From Dimorphilus gyrociliatus (lineage: Eukaryota > Animalia > Annelida): DNA of 64,000 bases. A program made the translations under genes and the position numbers. Where the stretch lies: NCBI GenBank assembly GCA_904063045.1, contig CAJFCJ010000026.1, positions 164,964 to 228,963 on the forward strand, written 5' to 3'. Below the pieces are notes generated by a model. It was not told the origin of the DNA. It did no database searches and worked only from the letters and a program-made list of their open reading frames with translations. Positions 44,659 through 56,436 of the stretch are shown one piece after another (the first letter of the stretch is position 1; each line of letters opens with the position of its first letter).

Positions 44659-47017
44659 TTAACATCTGTCCGATTGACTTAAAACACTTTTCTCTTCTTC
44701 ACTATCGTGATCATCTTCATCCTCGTCATCGTCTATATCTCTATCAGATTGTGGTGGTGAAGATGCTCTAGATAGCGACGGACTAGGCGGCTCCGACGCG
44801 GGTCTAGAGAGCACACCAACGGACTGTGCATCATAATTATCGAAAATCTTTCCAGGGTAAGCCTTTTCCAGAGCCATTGTTCTTGCTCGTTGATAATAAA
44901 TTCCTAGTGTCTTCCAATCTAGTAAATCCGACAAACGTTCAGTCCGGTTTCTTTGAATAATTCTTTGCCTTCGGCTCAATCTCGCGAAATCAAACAAATA
45001 TTGCGATAATTGTCTAATTGAGTCCTCGGGGGAGCAGTATCTCCTATCAACTATATAAATTCCATGTGATTTTGGATCATCTATATGATTCTGCATGAAG
45101 CATCCGAATCCTGACAGATTTGTAGTAATACTTGGTATACCCATCAATGTACACTCAGCTGGAGTGTATCCCCATGGTTCATAATAAGAAGGAAAAACAC
45201 CCAAATGACAACCGCGAACAAATTCCTCATAATCCAAACCAAAAAGAGGATTTGTTGATGATAGAAATTCGGGATGAAAGATAACTTTAACTTTATCATG
45301 ATGGTTATTAAATAGGTGGCATCGTCTAACGGCGTTTAGAACAGGGTCGTTATTATCGTCTACAACATTATGAGTAGAAACAGGGGGAAGATTGGATCTC
45401 TGTGAAGCATAAATAACCCTCTTCAATTTTACCAGATCTTCTTTGTTCAATAAGTCTTTCTCGCTAGGAATTTTTCCTCTTAAGCATATTTCATATAATC
45501 TTGCGCCAACGCTTCTTTGAACCTCGTTTACGGTTTCCTTTAACTGCTTGGCTATAGCTTGACCTCGTAACGACTCAATATTGAAGTTGTTTGTGCGAGC
45601 CGGAAATATCAGAAAAGCTATAACTGTTATATCCACATTCTTTTGTTGCATGTGATGGTTCAGCCGGGCCAATGATTCTATAAACATATCGGCTCCTTTA
45701 TTAACGAATTCGTAGCGACCAGCTGTAAAGAAGTATAACGTCTTATCCAGATCGAAATCGTAGTGTCTATAAATTAAAGAGAATAGAGGACAGAATTAAC
45801 ACATATTTTAAACTTGCCCGTGGAAATGACCACGAACAAAGTCGTTAATTTTTTCTTTAGCTTGCGCGTGTAGATTTTGAAATTCGTGGATGGCACTAAA
45901 TTTCTTGACATTCAGACCGTTCGGAGTGATGATATCTGATTAAAGGAAACAAAAAGTAACTAAATGTATCATAACTTTCATCAAGATTTTACCAGGTTTT
46001 CTACGAAGTAAGTGCTCTGATTCGAAACCAGTTATATCAGATACTGTAGTGAAAACATGTGTGCAGTGAACAGCAGCTCTTTCCATACAGTATCGATGGT
46101 ATATGCCTCTGTCACCGGCCTCTTTGTCAATATCGATTTTCTAAAATTTAACAGTGACTGAAAGTTAAAATAAAATTATAACTAGCTAACCCCTTTAATT
46201 GTATTATAAAAGTCGACATTTCCAGCACATAAATAGCGCCCAAGTAAAGTAGCGTGAGTGGTAAAAACCAATCCGATAGGGATTTTTCGAGTTCGACAAA
46301 CGACTAAGCCGATGCCTGCCAACCACTCGTGAAAATGGGCAACAATATAAGTTTCTGGATCTTCGCAGCTCTTATGAAACTAAAAAAAAACAAAAAAAAA
46401 ACTATATTATTCCTTTCATTTAAATTGTTCGCTTCCGCAAGAATATACTTCAGACAAGAACCAAGCCGTTAAAAATCCAAAAACAATTGCATTGTTTCCT
46501 TCTTGATCGTGCCACGGAACTCCAATGTGGCTACATTCCCAAATTTCGTTTTTCCATTGGTCAAGTTTATATGCAGCTGATCCAATGTCAAAGAGAATGA
46601 CTCTTGGATAACCTTCAATCAACCATCTACCATAGACGACCTTGATACCATGTTCATTCATTTGTTTAATAGTATTAGCAAAATTCTCCGAAGGTGGGTC
46701 AAGTATTTCCACCTCTTGTCTAACGATGTTCTCATTATATGGGCCTATAAGACAGTATTGTTCGCCTAATTCTTCAACTGTCACACTAGCTTTTGTTTTT
46801 ATGACAGTATAAATGCCACCAACTGTTAAGAAATTATATTATTAATTTTCTCAGTTGTAATTAATTAACTGAATAACAAACCTTTGTTGGCAACTTCCCA
46901 TGACACCTCAAAGAACCAACGATTAGAAGCGACTACGTTGCCTGTCAAGTATTCATCTTCCCATTCGGGAGTTTTCACTAATCTAGATAAACTTGCTCTC
47001 CTTTTAAAGTTAGTCAT
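44659..47017 (-). CDS. GYS: Glycogen synthase (GT3)
   Basis: [10 protein letters not shown]|VGG, EX7E motif [12 protein letters not shown], Arg cluster [16 protein letters not shown]-terminal phosphosite array [17 protein letters not shown]. Confidence 0.97.
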
Positions 47018-48040
47018 TATTGCTGACGTTAAGTAACTGCCAAAATAAATTCAAGTTCTAAGTGTCTTCTTTGCTTAAGCACAGCTTTTTAATTTGATAC
47101 TTCTCACTATTCGGTATATTGTCCTATACAGCTGTAAGGTCACATAGGGGGCATTATTTTCGTATTTACTGGAGCTCTGGTGAAGACATCTATTAACTGT
47201 AAATTTTTATCACATCAATTAAAAATAATTATTTTTATTTTTACGAAGGAGCAATTTTTTAATTGACTATCCTCCTTTGCTTGACATGTTTTCTTGCCCA
47301 GATTGATGCCCATAAAAATGTGCAAAAATCAAGGTCAAAGATGTTTAAGCTACGGCTTCCAGTCTATTTCCTCATAAGTCTTATTACTAAGACAGTTTTT
47401 ATTATTTAAAGTTGACAGATTGTGTCGGTGATAACTTTTTATAAAAACTGAAAGTTTAATTCTCAAGCAGATGTTTACAGATTGGTTCACTTTTTCGCAA
47501 ATAACTCTTGTCTGTTAAAATTGTTAGCCGAGATTCCGATGACATAGACCTAGCACACAGTATTCGTTTCCATCGGTTTTTTAAATAAAAAAAGAGCCTC
47601 AGGTCGAAAGAAAAAAATTTCTAATGGATTATTCTTATCTCTAGCGTTTGATTAACGGTTGTGCCACTTTTTAGGGTACGATAACTATTTACACATTTAA
47701 ATCTACGATTTACGATTGAAACTGAATCTAATTTATCACAAGAAGCAAAGAAAATAATTATATATCTCCGTTTCTCTTCAACCCAACAGGAAAAATAAAT
47801 AACTGCGGGTTTAAATTGTCAAGACACCCTTTAAAAAATTAATCTGTCAACACAACAGAAAATAAGACAATCATTTGGAAAGGCTTTAATGATATTACAT
47901 TATGATATTTTTCTAATGACAAATTTACCTCATTGCTGACATAAATATTGCACAATCAGAGATATTTAAATATTTTTTACAACGAATACGAAAACACTTT
48001 GCATACTTAGTGTTTCCGGTGACGAGTCGTGTCGAACAGC

Positions 48041-49083
48041 ATGGATATGGGCAGTCATTGGGAAGGTATTTTAACTTCTTGTCATGTTTTTACATAACAT
48101 AATTATCATAGATACTTCCTTAAAAGATTTGAGAAAACTTGCTCGTCAATTAGAAAACGAAATTGATTTAAAACTAGTTTCTTTTTGTAAACTGGGATCC
48201 AACTATGGCTCACATAAGGATGTCAGGTTTATTTGTTTACATAAACCACTATTAATTAAAAAAAATTACAACCCATCATATATTTCAGTAATGATACTTC
48301 GCCTCTATTAAATAAGTCAGGAGATCATATGTTCCATACAATGTCAATGGAAATAGAGCAATTACTTGCAAAGGTCTTTTAATAAAGACAAAAATCAATA
48401 GTCTTTTGCACTTAAATATTTCTATTCCCTAGTTAACTGAACTGAATGATCGCATGTCTGACTACTCCCAAAAATTGGATGGCGGAAGTCACAATGCAGC
48501 TCTTTTACATACATTGCAAAGACATAGAGATATCCTTCAAGACTACTCACACGATTTTAATAAAACAAAATCAAATGTTTTAGCATGTCGCCAGAGAGAA
48601 CAACTACTGGGTTCTGTTAGAAGGGATATTGATGCATATAGAACCTCAATAGCTAGCGGCCCTAATCGAAGAACTGATTTATATTTAAAGGAAAATGAGC
48701 ATCTAAGAAAGTAAACTTTTTAAAGTTCATAAACAATATATATTTATATTGTTTTACATTACAAACAATTTAATTTTGTCAATTTATAATTCAGCTCGGA
48801 AAGAATGATTGATGAGCAGATTAATGTTGCCATGGCAACCAAAGAAAATCTACAACGACAACGCGGAGTTTTCTCTTCAATTTCAAATAAAATGAATTCA
48901 CTAGCTAGTGAGTATACTTTTAAAATTAAATGAAAAAATTGTTTTATTTTTGTTACAGATCGGTTTCCTGTTATCAATTCTCTCGTATCTCGCATTAACA
49001 TTCGCAAGAGAAGAGACTCTATAATCATTGCTTGCGTAATTGCCATATGCATTATTTTACTACTCATCTATCAATTTCATTGA
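48041..49083 (+). CDS. GOSR1: Golgi SNAP receptor complex member 1 (GS28)
   Basis: WEDLRKLARQLENEIDLKLVSF, HTLQRHRDILQDY, C-terminal RKRRDSIII plus TM ending YQFH*. Confidence 0.95.
48826..48839. promoter_or_regulatory. Perfect RFX X-box palindrome GTTGCCATGGCAAC inside a GOSR1 exon
   Basis: Exact 14-bp canonical X-box overlapping codons V-A-M-A-T, about 500 bp upstream of the GRK ATG. Confidence 0.35.
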
Positions 49084-49210
49084 ACTGTGATGACTACCCG
49101 ATATTTTTTTCATAGACTGAATTATACTAGTGTTTTTCTCTGCATTTACTTGAAAAAAAAGAGAACAGACTGTTTAGATTTAAATAATACACTATAAAAC
49201 ATAAAAGCAG

Positions 49211-49220
49211 GTGACGTCAC
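49211..49220. promoter_or_regulatory. CRE palindrome GTGACGTCAC in the GRK promoter
   Basis: 10-bp perfect palindrome about 125 bp upstream of the GRK ATG, followed by CCAATTGG. Confidence 0.5.
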
Positions 49221-49342
49221 ATTTTAAACCGACCAATTGGCGTCAAAGCGTTTCGCGGTACTGCAATCGTTTGAGGGGGTAGTGGCGAACAGATTGAAGG
49301 GCGCTGTTTGGCCGCTGGTAGAATTTACTCAGAATAAAGAAA

Positions 49343-52300
49343 ATGGCGGACCTAGAAGCAGTTTTAGCGGATGTAAGCTATTTAATGGCTATGGAGAAAA
49401 GTAAGACCACTCCAGCGGCCAGAGCTAGTAAGAAAATTATATTACCCGATCCAAGGTAACATTTCTCTCTGTTGTCCTTCTTCTCGAATAGCTAATTTGG
49501 TAAAAAATCACTCGATTAGGCAGCGTTTAAAGGCTCATTATAAATCCATACGCTAATATACGGTATTGATAAGACCAGTTTTTCCCTAACAGTGTTCGAA
49601 GTGTTATGCACAAACATCTAGAAAAGATGCAAGAAGTAACATTTGATAAAATATTCTCTCAGAAATTGGGTAAGAGTATGTTTTTTCTTAAGAACGTCAC
49701 CGGTTGCTTTCGTTATTTAAGAGGCTAAACAATTGAATCATATAAACTGTGAATCCTTATGATGATAATGTAATATAAATAGTATAAAAACGCTTTTTAA
49801 ATATGTGTGTAAAATAAAATGAAATATTGCAACTTTATTTACGATACCAGCTTTGTTGCTATGATATTAAAAGTTTGTAGGTGGTATGATTTTAAGCCTA
49901 CAAAACATAACATTGCATTTATCCATTTTTTTCATAGGGTTTTTGCTGTTTAAGGAGTTTTGCGAAAGTTTACCTGATGAACAGGTACCCCAATTAAAAT
50001 TTTACGAAGAGGTAATATCTTAATTTTTTTTTTGTTTTATGTAAAAGTCATATTTTCTAGTCGTAGTACCGATTGTTCTCAAATTTCGTTTTGGTGCATT
50101 AGCATTAGCAGAGTTTCTGGATACAATAATGTTTTCTGTTTTTCCAGATTAAGAAATTTGAAAAGTTAGAAACCGATGAAGAGAGGATAAAAACTGCCAA
50201 GGAAATTTACGATCAGTTTATAATGAAAGAACTTCTCTCTCAATCACACGTCCGTAAAAGATAAGTGAAAATATACAACTTTTTATATTCTACTTTCCTG
50301 CAGACTTATTCAAAGGCAGCTGTCGATCACGTTCAAGAACATTTAACAAGAGCGACGAAAACGAAAACACTACCAGCGAAAGTTTTTGAGGTTAGTTCTG
50401 TTATGTTAGCTAGTTTTCTTGGAGTTGTTGAAATTTTTACGTTTTTTGGTGTGAAATTTAGAGTGCCCCATCAACAGGCCTTAAAACAAGCATATTTTCT
50501 CTACAAAGGTTTTAGTTAATCTGATTGCTTACAAACCAAAGAAAGCAATGTTTTTGTTATTAATTTTTACTTACTGGCCTTCTAGTAATATTTATTTTTC
50601 AATGGTGGTAAGTTTTCATGATTAGTTTGATCAAACCGATAATATTTATATTTCTTAAGGGTATATGATTTTGCCTGAGCTTTTATTGTAATTATTCTAA
50701 TCATATTTTTATTATTTTTTTTCTAATTTTTTTTTAAAAATTATTTCCTATTACAAACTGAATTATTAGTTCTTATAACAATTACAAAAAAAAATATCAC
50801 AGTAAAATATTGTAACATAAAGACTTTTAAAACGTCGTTAACTTGACCCGTCGCTTTCTTTTGAGTCATATTAGACGTCTTTTGCAGCCATATATTGAGG
50901 AAATTTGCAATTCATTACGCGGTCGCTTATTTGAAAGGTTTCTAGAGAGGTAAGTTTTCGTGATTTTAAGTGATTGATTGTTAAAATTAAAATATTCTTA
51001 TTCAACAGCGATAAATATACTCGATTTTGTCAATGGAAAAATCTAGAATTGAATATTAGTTCTAACGTGAGCAAATAAACAATATAAATTAATTATGAAT
51101 AATTATTTAATTGTTATTACCTGTTCCAGTTAACTATGAACGATTTTAGTGTGCATAGGATTATCGGGCGTGGAGGTTTTGGTGAAGTGTATGGTTGTAG
51201 AAAGGCAGATACGGGGAAAATGTATGCCATGAAGTGTCTGGACAAGAAACGTATTAAGATGAAAGGTGGTGAAACATTAGCTTTAAATGAACGCATTATG
51301 TTATCTCTGGTATCTACTGGTGAAGGATGCCCTTTTATTGTGTGTATGACTTATGCGTTTCAAACGACTGAAAAACTGTGTTTTATACTTGATTTGATGA
51401 ACGGTGGTGATCTGCATTATCATCTGTCTCAGCATGGTGTTTTCAGCGAAAAAGAAGTCAGATTTTATGCTGCAGAAGTAATTCTTGGTCTAGAACATAT
51501 GCACAATCGTCACGTCGTCTACCGAGATCTCAAACCAGCAAATATTCTCCTGGATGAGAATGGACACGTGCGAATCTCGGATTTAGGATTAGCCTGTGAT
51601 TTTTCTAAGAAGAAGCCGCATGCCTCTGTGTGAGTACCAAGGACTGTTATATTTGTATTGCTTCTCTATTATTGGTTGCCGTTCTTATATATTATTTTAT
51701 TCTACTCTTTGACATGTCTATGTATCTTTTTCTGTTTCAGTGGAACTCATGGATATATGGCTCCAGAAGTACTGCAAAAAGGTCAAGCCTATGACTCGTC
51801 AGCAGATTGGTTTTCGTTTGGCTGCATGTTGTACAAACTGCTCAAAGGTCACAGTCCGTTTAGACAGCATAAAACTAAAGACAAACACGAGATTGATCGA
51901 ATGACAATGACTATGGTTCGTTTTTTTTTAATTTATCTTTTCAAATAGGATGTGTGTTTATTCGCGTCGTTGATGAGCGGACTAGATGATATTTGATTCT
52001 TATTTCTTTATTTTACCGTATGTCCACCTTCATTACTGCCATCTCTCAGACCCAGGTACGGTTATTCGAGAATTTTCCTATTAGTACTACTATTTCCGCA
52101 GATTAGTATTTTGTGTTTTCTTCACTTCCTACGACGTAGTATGAAAGTGAATAGATGGTGTATAAATGGGGTCTTTAGTGGCTTTTACACGTTGTTCCAT
52201 AGTTCACTTTTACGTTTTAATTGTTGTATCTGATGTTGTGGCATGCACCTAAAAATTCTCACTCGTTTTTTCTGCTTAGAACGTCGAATTACCAGATTCT

Positions 52301-53474
52301 ATGGGCCCAGAAATGAGGTGCCTACTCGAAGGACTTTTAAAACGAGATGTTGAGGAACGCCTAGGGTGTATGGGTAGAGGGTACGTTGATTAAAACCGGC
52401 AAAATGAGCAATGTGAAAGTTTAGGTCTATTGTTTACAATTCATATACTTTTTTTAGGGCTCAAGAAATAAAAGAACACGAATTCTTTAAGTCTATTGAC
52501 TGGAATATCGTCTACTGTCAAAAATGCCCCCCGCCCTTAATACCCCCTAGGGGTGAGGTAAATGCTGCCGATGCTTTCGATATTGGTTCCTTTGACGAAG
52601 AAGATACCAAGGGTATCAAGTTAACCGAAGCCGATCAGGAATTGTACAAAAACTTCCCGTTAGTCGTTAGCGAAAGATGGCAACAGGAAATAGCAGATAC
52701 AGTATTCGATACTGTTAACCAGGATACAGACAAATTGGAAACAAAACGTAAAAACAAACCAAGAATAGACGAAATTGACGTAGTTGGTCCCACAGACTGT
52801 ATAGTTGAAGGAGAAGTATTGAAATTAGGGGGGCCGTTTTTGCAATCATGGCAGAAAAAACATTTAAAACTCTATCCAAACCGTTTAGAATTCTATCACA
52901 AAAATCGAGATGGCCAGGTTTACAAAAGCAAAGGCGTAGAGGTACGTCAGAGCCATTTTAAAATGTAACACCTTTTATAACAATTTTATGATTTTTCTCT
53001 ACTGCAGTTAATACCTATGACTGATATCAAAGATATAAGTTCAGAGTTCCAAAAGTTAAATAAAACAGAAAATTGTATTGTGATAGTTTTAAAAAGCGAT
53101 GCTAAACTTGCCATCACTTCGCCTGTAAGTAAATGCTATAAATATTACAATTGATATTACCCATATAATACAAAATGTATATTGATAAGATACAAATAGC
53201 CAATATTTAATAGTCAGTAATAAAAAAATCAATTATTTGTGCTATAGTGTTCCATATTTTACAGGATAAAATATTAATTAATCAATGGAAAGACGAAATA
53301 ATCAATGGTTTTAAACTCTCATCCCAAATTATGGCTAACATGAATAAGAAGGTCCGAAATAAATACGGTGCCGACACAGCTATGGGTGGAAGTACTGACC
53401 ATTCGGATTCGGCGACACCCTCGCAAAACGTTCAACATCAGTCAGTCGAACAGCGAAACAGTAATGGAACGTAG
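49343..53474 (+). CDS. GRK2: G protein-coupled receptor kinase 2/3 (beta-adrenergic receptor kinase; RGS, kinase, PH)
   Basis: [22 protein letters not shown]-terminus; [31 protein letters not shown]; PH domain [25 protein letters not shown]. Confidence 0.97.
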
Positions 53475-53528
53475 TCTGTGCCATGATTAATAAACAAATA
53501 ACGCGCTGAGCGCGAGAATGGTATAAAA

Positions 53529-53552
53529 CGTCGTCGTCGTCGTCGTCGTCGT
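53529..53552. repeat. (CGT)8 microsatellite in the GRK 3' region
   Basis: Eight perfect CGT units 54 nt after the GRK stop. Confidence 0.9.
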
Positions 53553-54111
53553 TATTCTTCTGTTTTTGTGTTTTTTCTAGTCAGCTGTGATTTTCATAAC
53601 TCGCTGGGTTTGCGAAAACAGTCTGATCGTGTGTAACTATAACGTCAACATCTTTAAACGGCATGAACGTGGGCGAAGTCTTATTTCTTCTTTTTTTTTT
53701 TGTTTTTAAACTTAAAAGTATTGAACATATAAAGTATATGCAGTAAGTGTATACTACATACGTAAGTATATATGCTAAATATATATACTTATTTATTTAT
53801 TTATTTATTACGAGTGTATAAATTCTATATCAATGTGTAACTAGTCAAAATATAGTATGTGCTTGGTTGGTGCAAACAGTAGCATTTTTACAGCAATAAA
53901 GCACCAAAATGGTATTTACTTTATTCATGTATACGTATGTACGTTTGTATAAAGCAATGAAAATGAAAACTTATACATGCACTATTCATCACTTTCAAAA
54001 GATAAAATACAGTATTTGCGTAAGCCATATTAGCAGACGAGAATTTAGATTTCTTCACACAGGTGTCGCTAGTCGACACCAGTTTTCGAAGAAGTCACGT
54101 GGTAAGTAACA

Positions 54112-55611
54112 ATGGAGGAAGACGATGAGGACTCAGATATCGTATTCGATAGAGCTGGCCTCTTATCAACAACGATAATAAAAAGATACGAAGAGAGAGC
54201 TCCGGGATCGAAACTTTTTAGAACATTTCTACTATGCGCCGCTTTTTTCGGTTTAGGACTGTGTATTGCAGTTCCTGGACCTACACTTTTGGACCTTCAA
54301 GAGAGAACCCATACAACAACAATTGAAATATCACGCATATATCCCGGTAGATCTGTCGGATATTTACTAGGATCAATTGTTTGCGGTTTTTTATTCGATA
54401 AACTGAATCAATATGGTTTACTCTCGGCCTCCCTGATATCAGCAGCAATCGCAACAGCATTTGTTCCGTGGATTAAACATCTGGAACTGATGCTAATATC
54501 ATTTGGTGTTCAAGGAGTGGCTCTAGGGTTTTTAGACACTGGCGGAAATGTGCTTTGCTTGCACATGTGGGGTTCAAATTCACAGGCTCCTATGCAAGCT
54601 TTACACGCTTCTTTCGGAGTTGGAGCTTTTGTTGCTCCTTTAGTTACTGAGCCATTTATGGCCTTGCATGCATCGCACAACCAAACCCCTGCTTATAGTC
54701 TTCATCCAACTCGAGGGGATCCCATACATAGGGGTGATAAAGATACGACCAAAGCACGTTTTGCCTATCTTATCATAGCTATTATATTGGCTGTGGTATC
54801 ACTATCCTTCATTCTCAATTGTATTTGTAGTCGTTGTCGTTGCGCAGCTCTACCAGCAGAGAGCAGTCACACGCAAAATAAAGAGAGTGGCGTTGCCGGT
54901 GTACGATTTCAACTTTTATTTCTCTTGGCAATATTTTACTTTTTATACGTTGGATTGGAAGTGACGTTTGGCGGGTGGGTGACTGCTTATGCCATAGAAG
55001 GACTTAAATGGCCAAAATATGTAGCTGTGTATCTGAATAGCGTATTTTGGGGTACCTTCGCCGTTACTAGGATATTATCTGTGCCTCTGGCTAAATGTCT
55101 CAGCGCAACTGTAATGGTCATATTAGATATGATTATATCTCTTGTTGCATTAACAATTATTGCTTGCTTTCGACATCCACACTCTCCTAATGATAAATCA
55201 GCGTATGCAATTTGGTTTTCGGTAGGTCTTTTAGGTGTTGGATTAGCAACTATTTTTCCATCGGGTCTCACTTGGGCCGAGCGATATCTAAATGTTACCG
55301 GACCTGCTGCCTCATTTTTAATTGTCGGATCTGCCCTTGGAGAGATGCTAGTGCCATCACTAGTGGGCTGGCTGTTTCAGAAAAGTCCTTCTTGGCTCAT
55401 ATATACTTCCTTGGCTGTTTGTGTTATGGCTCTCATTATTTATATAGTCTTACAAAACTTGGCCTTGAATAATGAAAAAGTAATCCAAAGTAAACTGGAA
55501 CTCTTACCCACTAATGAAACTCTGGAAACTGAAATCAAGGAGGAGAGCGATACTATTACCACTGCGAATCGTAAAAGAGTATCATTCCGTTTACCTCAAA
55601 AACAAAATTAA
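54112..55611 (+). CDS. MFSD4: MFS transporter, MFSD4/NaGLT1 family, intronless, 499 aa
   Basis: FGLGLCIAVPGPTLLDL, GFLDTGGN, MQALHASFGVGAF, FLYVGLEVTFGGW, SVFWGTFAVTR; about 12 hydrophobic segments. Confidence 0.85.
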   Translation: MEEDDEDSDIVFDRAGLLSTTIIKRYEERAPGSKLFRTFLLCAAFFGLGLCIAVPGPTLLDLQERTHTTTIEISRIYPGRSVGYLLGSIVCGFLFDKLNQYGLLSASLISAAIATAFVPWIKHLELMLISFGVQGVALGFLDTGGNVLCLHMWGSNSQAPMQALHASFGVGAFVAPLVTEPFMALHASHNQTPAYSLHPTRGDPIHRGDKDTTKARFAYLIIAIILAVVSLSFILNCICSRCRCAALPAESSHTQNKESGVAGVRFQLLFLLAIFYFLYVGLEVTFGGWVTAYAIEGLKWPKYVAVYLNSVFWGTFAVTRILSVPLAKCLSATVMVILDMIISLVALTIIACFRHPHSPNDKSAYAIWFSVGLLGVGLATIFPSGLTWAERYLNVTGPAASFLIVGSALGEMLVPSLVGWLFQKSPSWLIYTSLAVCVMALIIYIVLQNLALNNEKVIQSKLELLPTNETLETEIKEESDTITTANRKRVSFRLPQKQN

Positions 55612-55687
55612 TTATATTGAAAATAAATCAATTTATATGTGTAAATTTTAACCTGCACACAACAAAATAAATCATTAACATTTTAAA

Positions 55688-56239
55688 TTAACTATCTTCT
55701 TCCATTACTTGCGGTAATGACTTCTTACGGGTCTCTGTTTGCGGAAACGGTGGTAAATCACTAGGCATTCTAATGTTAGTTGTAGCTTTTGATGCTTGGA
55801 CTCCGTGTCCTTGAACCTTTCCTGATAAAGCCAGCTCTTCTATGTTCGGTTCTACTGCAAAGTGGCCATATGGCTTCATACAAAGGTCGAGACGATCGTC
55901 TGTTTTGTTATAGCAGAATAGTCTAGATCCGAGGTGGGGTAGAGAGAAGTGTTTACCACTATCCAAGCATCCCGTCTTTTGACTGTAAACGTAGAAAACT
56001 CCGCCCACCGAAAAAAGATGAGGCTTATTTTGGGAATAAGCCCATAGATCATGACCTTCTAGCATAGCTTGCAATTCAAGATTTTGGATAGGGCGAGTTA
56101 CAGCATCTTTCGGAGCGTCATCGCCTTTAGTATGGGACATTTGTTCCAAAAATTTAGCGTCGTTCTGCATCTTTGCATCACACTCGAAATGAGACCAATG
56201 AGGCCGCTGATTCAGGGCGTTATCTTGTCTATTTTCCAT
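55688..56239 (-). CDS. Intronless uncharacterised protein (183 aa)
   Basis: 552-nt ORF with balanced composition filling the gap between MFSD4 and P2X; no family recognised. Confidence 0.65.
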   Translation of the reverse strand: MENRQDNALNQRPHWSHFECDAKMQNDAKFLEQMSHTKGDDAPKDAVTRPIQNLELQAMLEGHDLWAYSQNKPHLFSVGGVFYVYSQKTGCLDSGKHFSLPHLGSRLFCYNKTDDRLDLCMKPYGHFAVEPNIEELALSGKVQGHGVQASKATTNIRMPSDLPPFPQTETRKKSLPQVMEEDS

Positions 56240-56436
56240 AATAATTTATAAATACATAAAAGCTATTTTCTGCACTGGCTATTATCAATAGACACTTAGG
56301 AGCTTGGTTTCCCGTTCCGTTGCTAATCGAATAAACTTTCTAGCGCGCACGCCATCTATGTTATAACTGAAGATTTTAGGAAATCGAAATAAAGTTTGAT
56401 CGTGTATTAAAACATAATTTTTTTATTTTAGCTAAA

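Noticed and set aside
50462-50508. AG/GT-bounded segment in a long GRK intron
   Set aside because: 47 nt, frame-shifting, weak sites; no support.
51949-52055. Possible poison exon in the GRK intron (in-frame TGA)
   Set aside because: The upstream intron would be only 33 nt, shorter than any intron I could support here.
54062-54080. 7-bp hairpin GGTGTCG/CGACACC upstream of MFSD4
   Set aside because: Short stem; no evidence of function.
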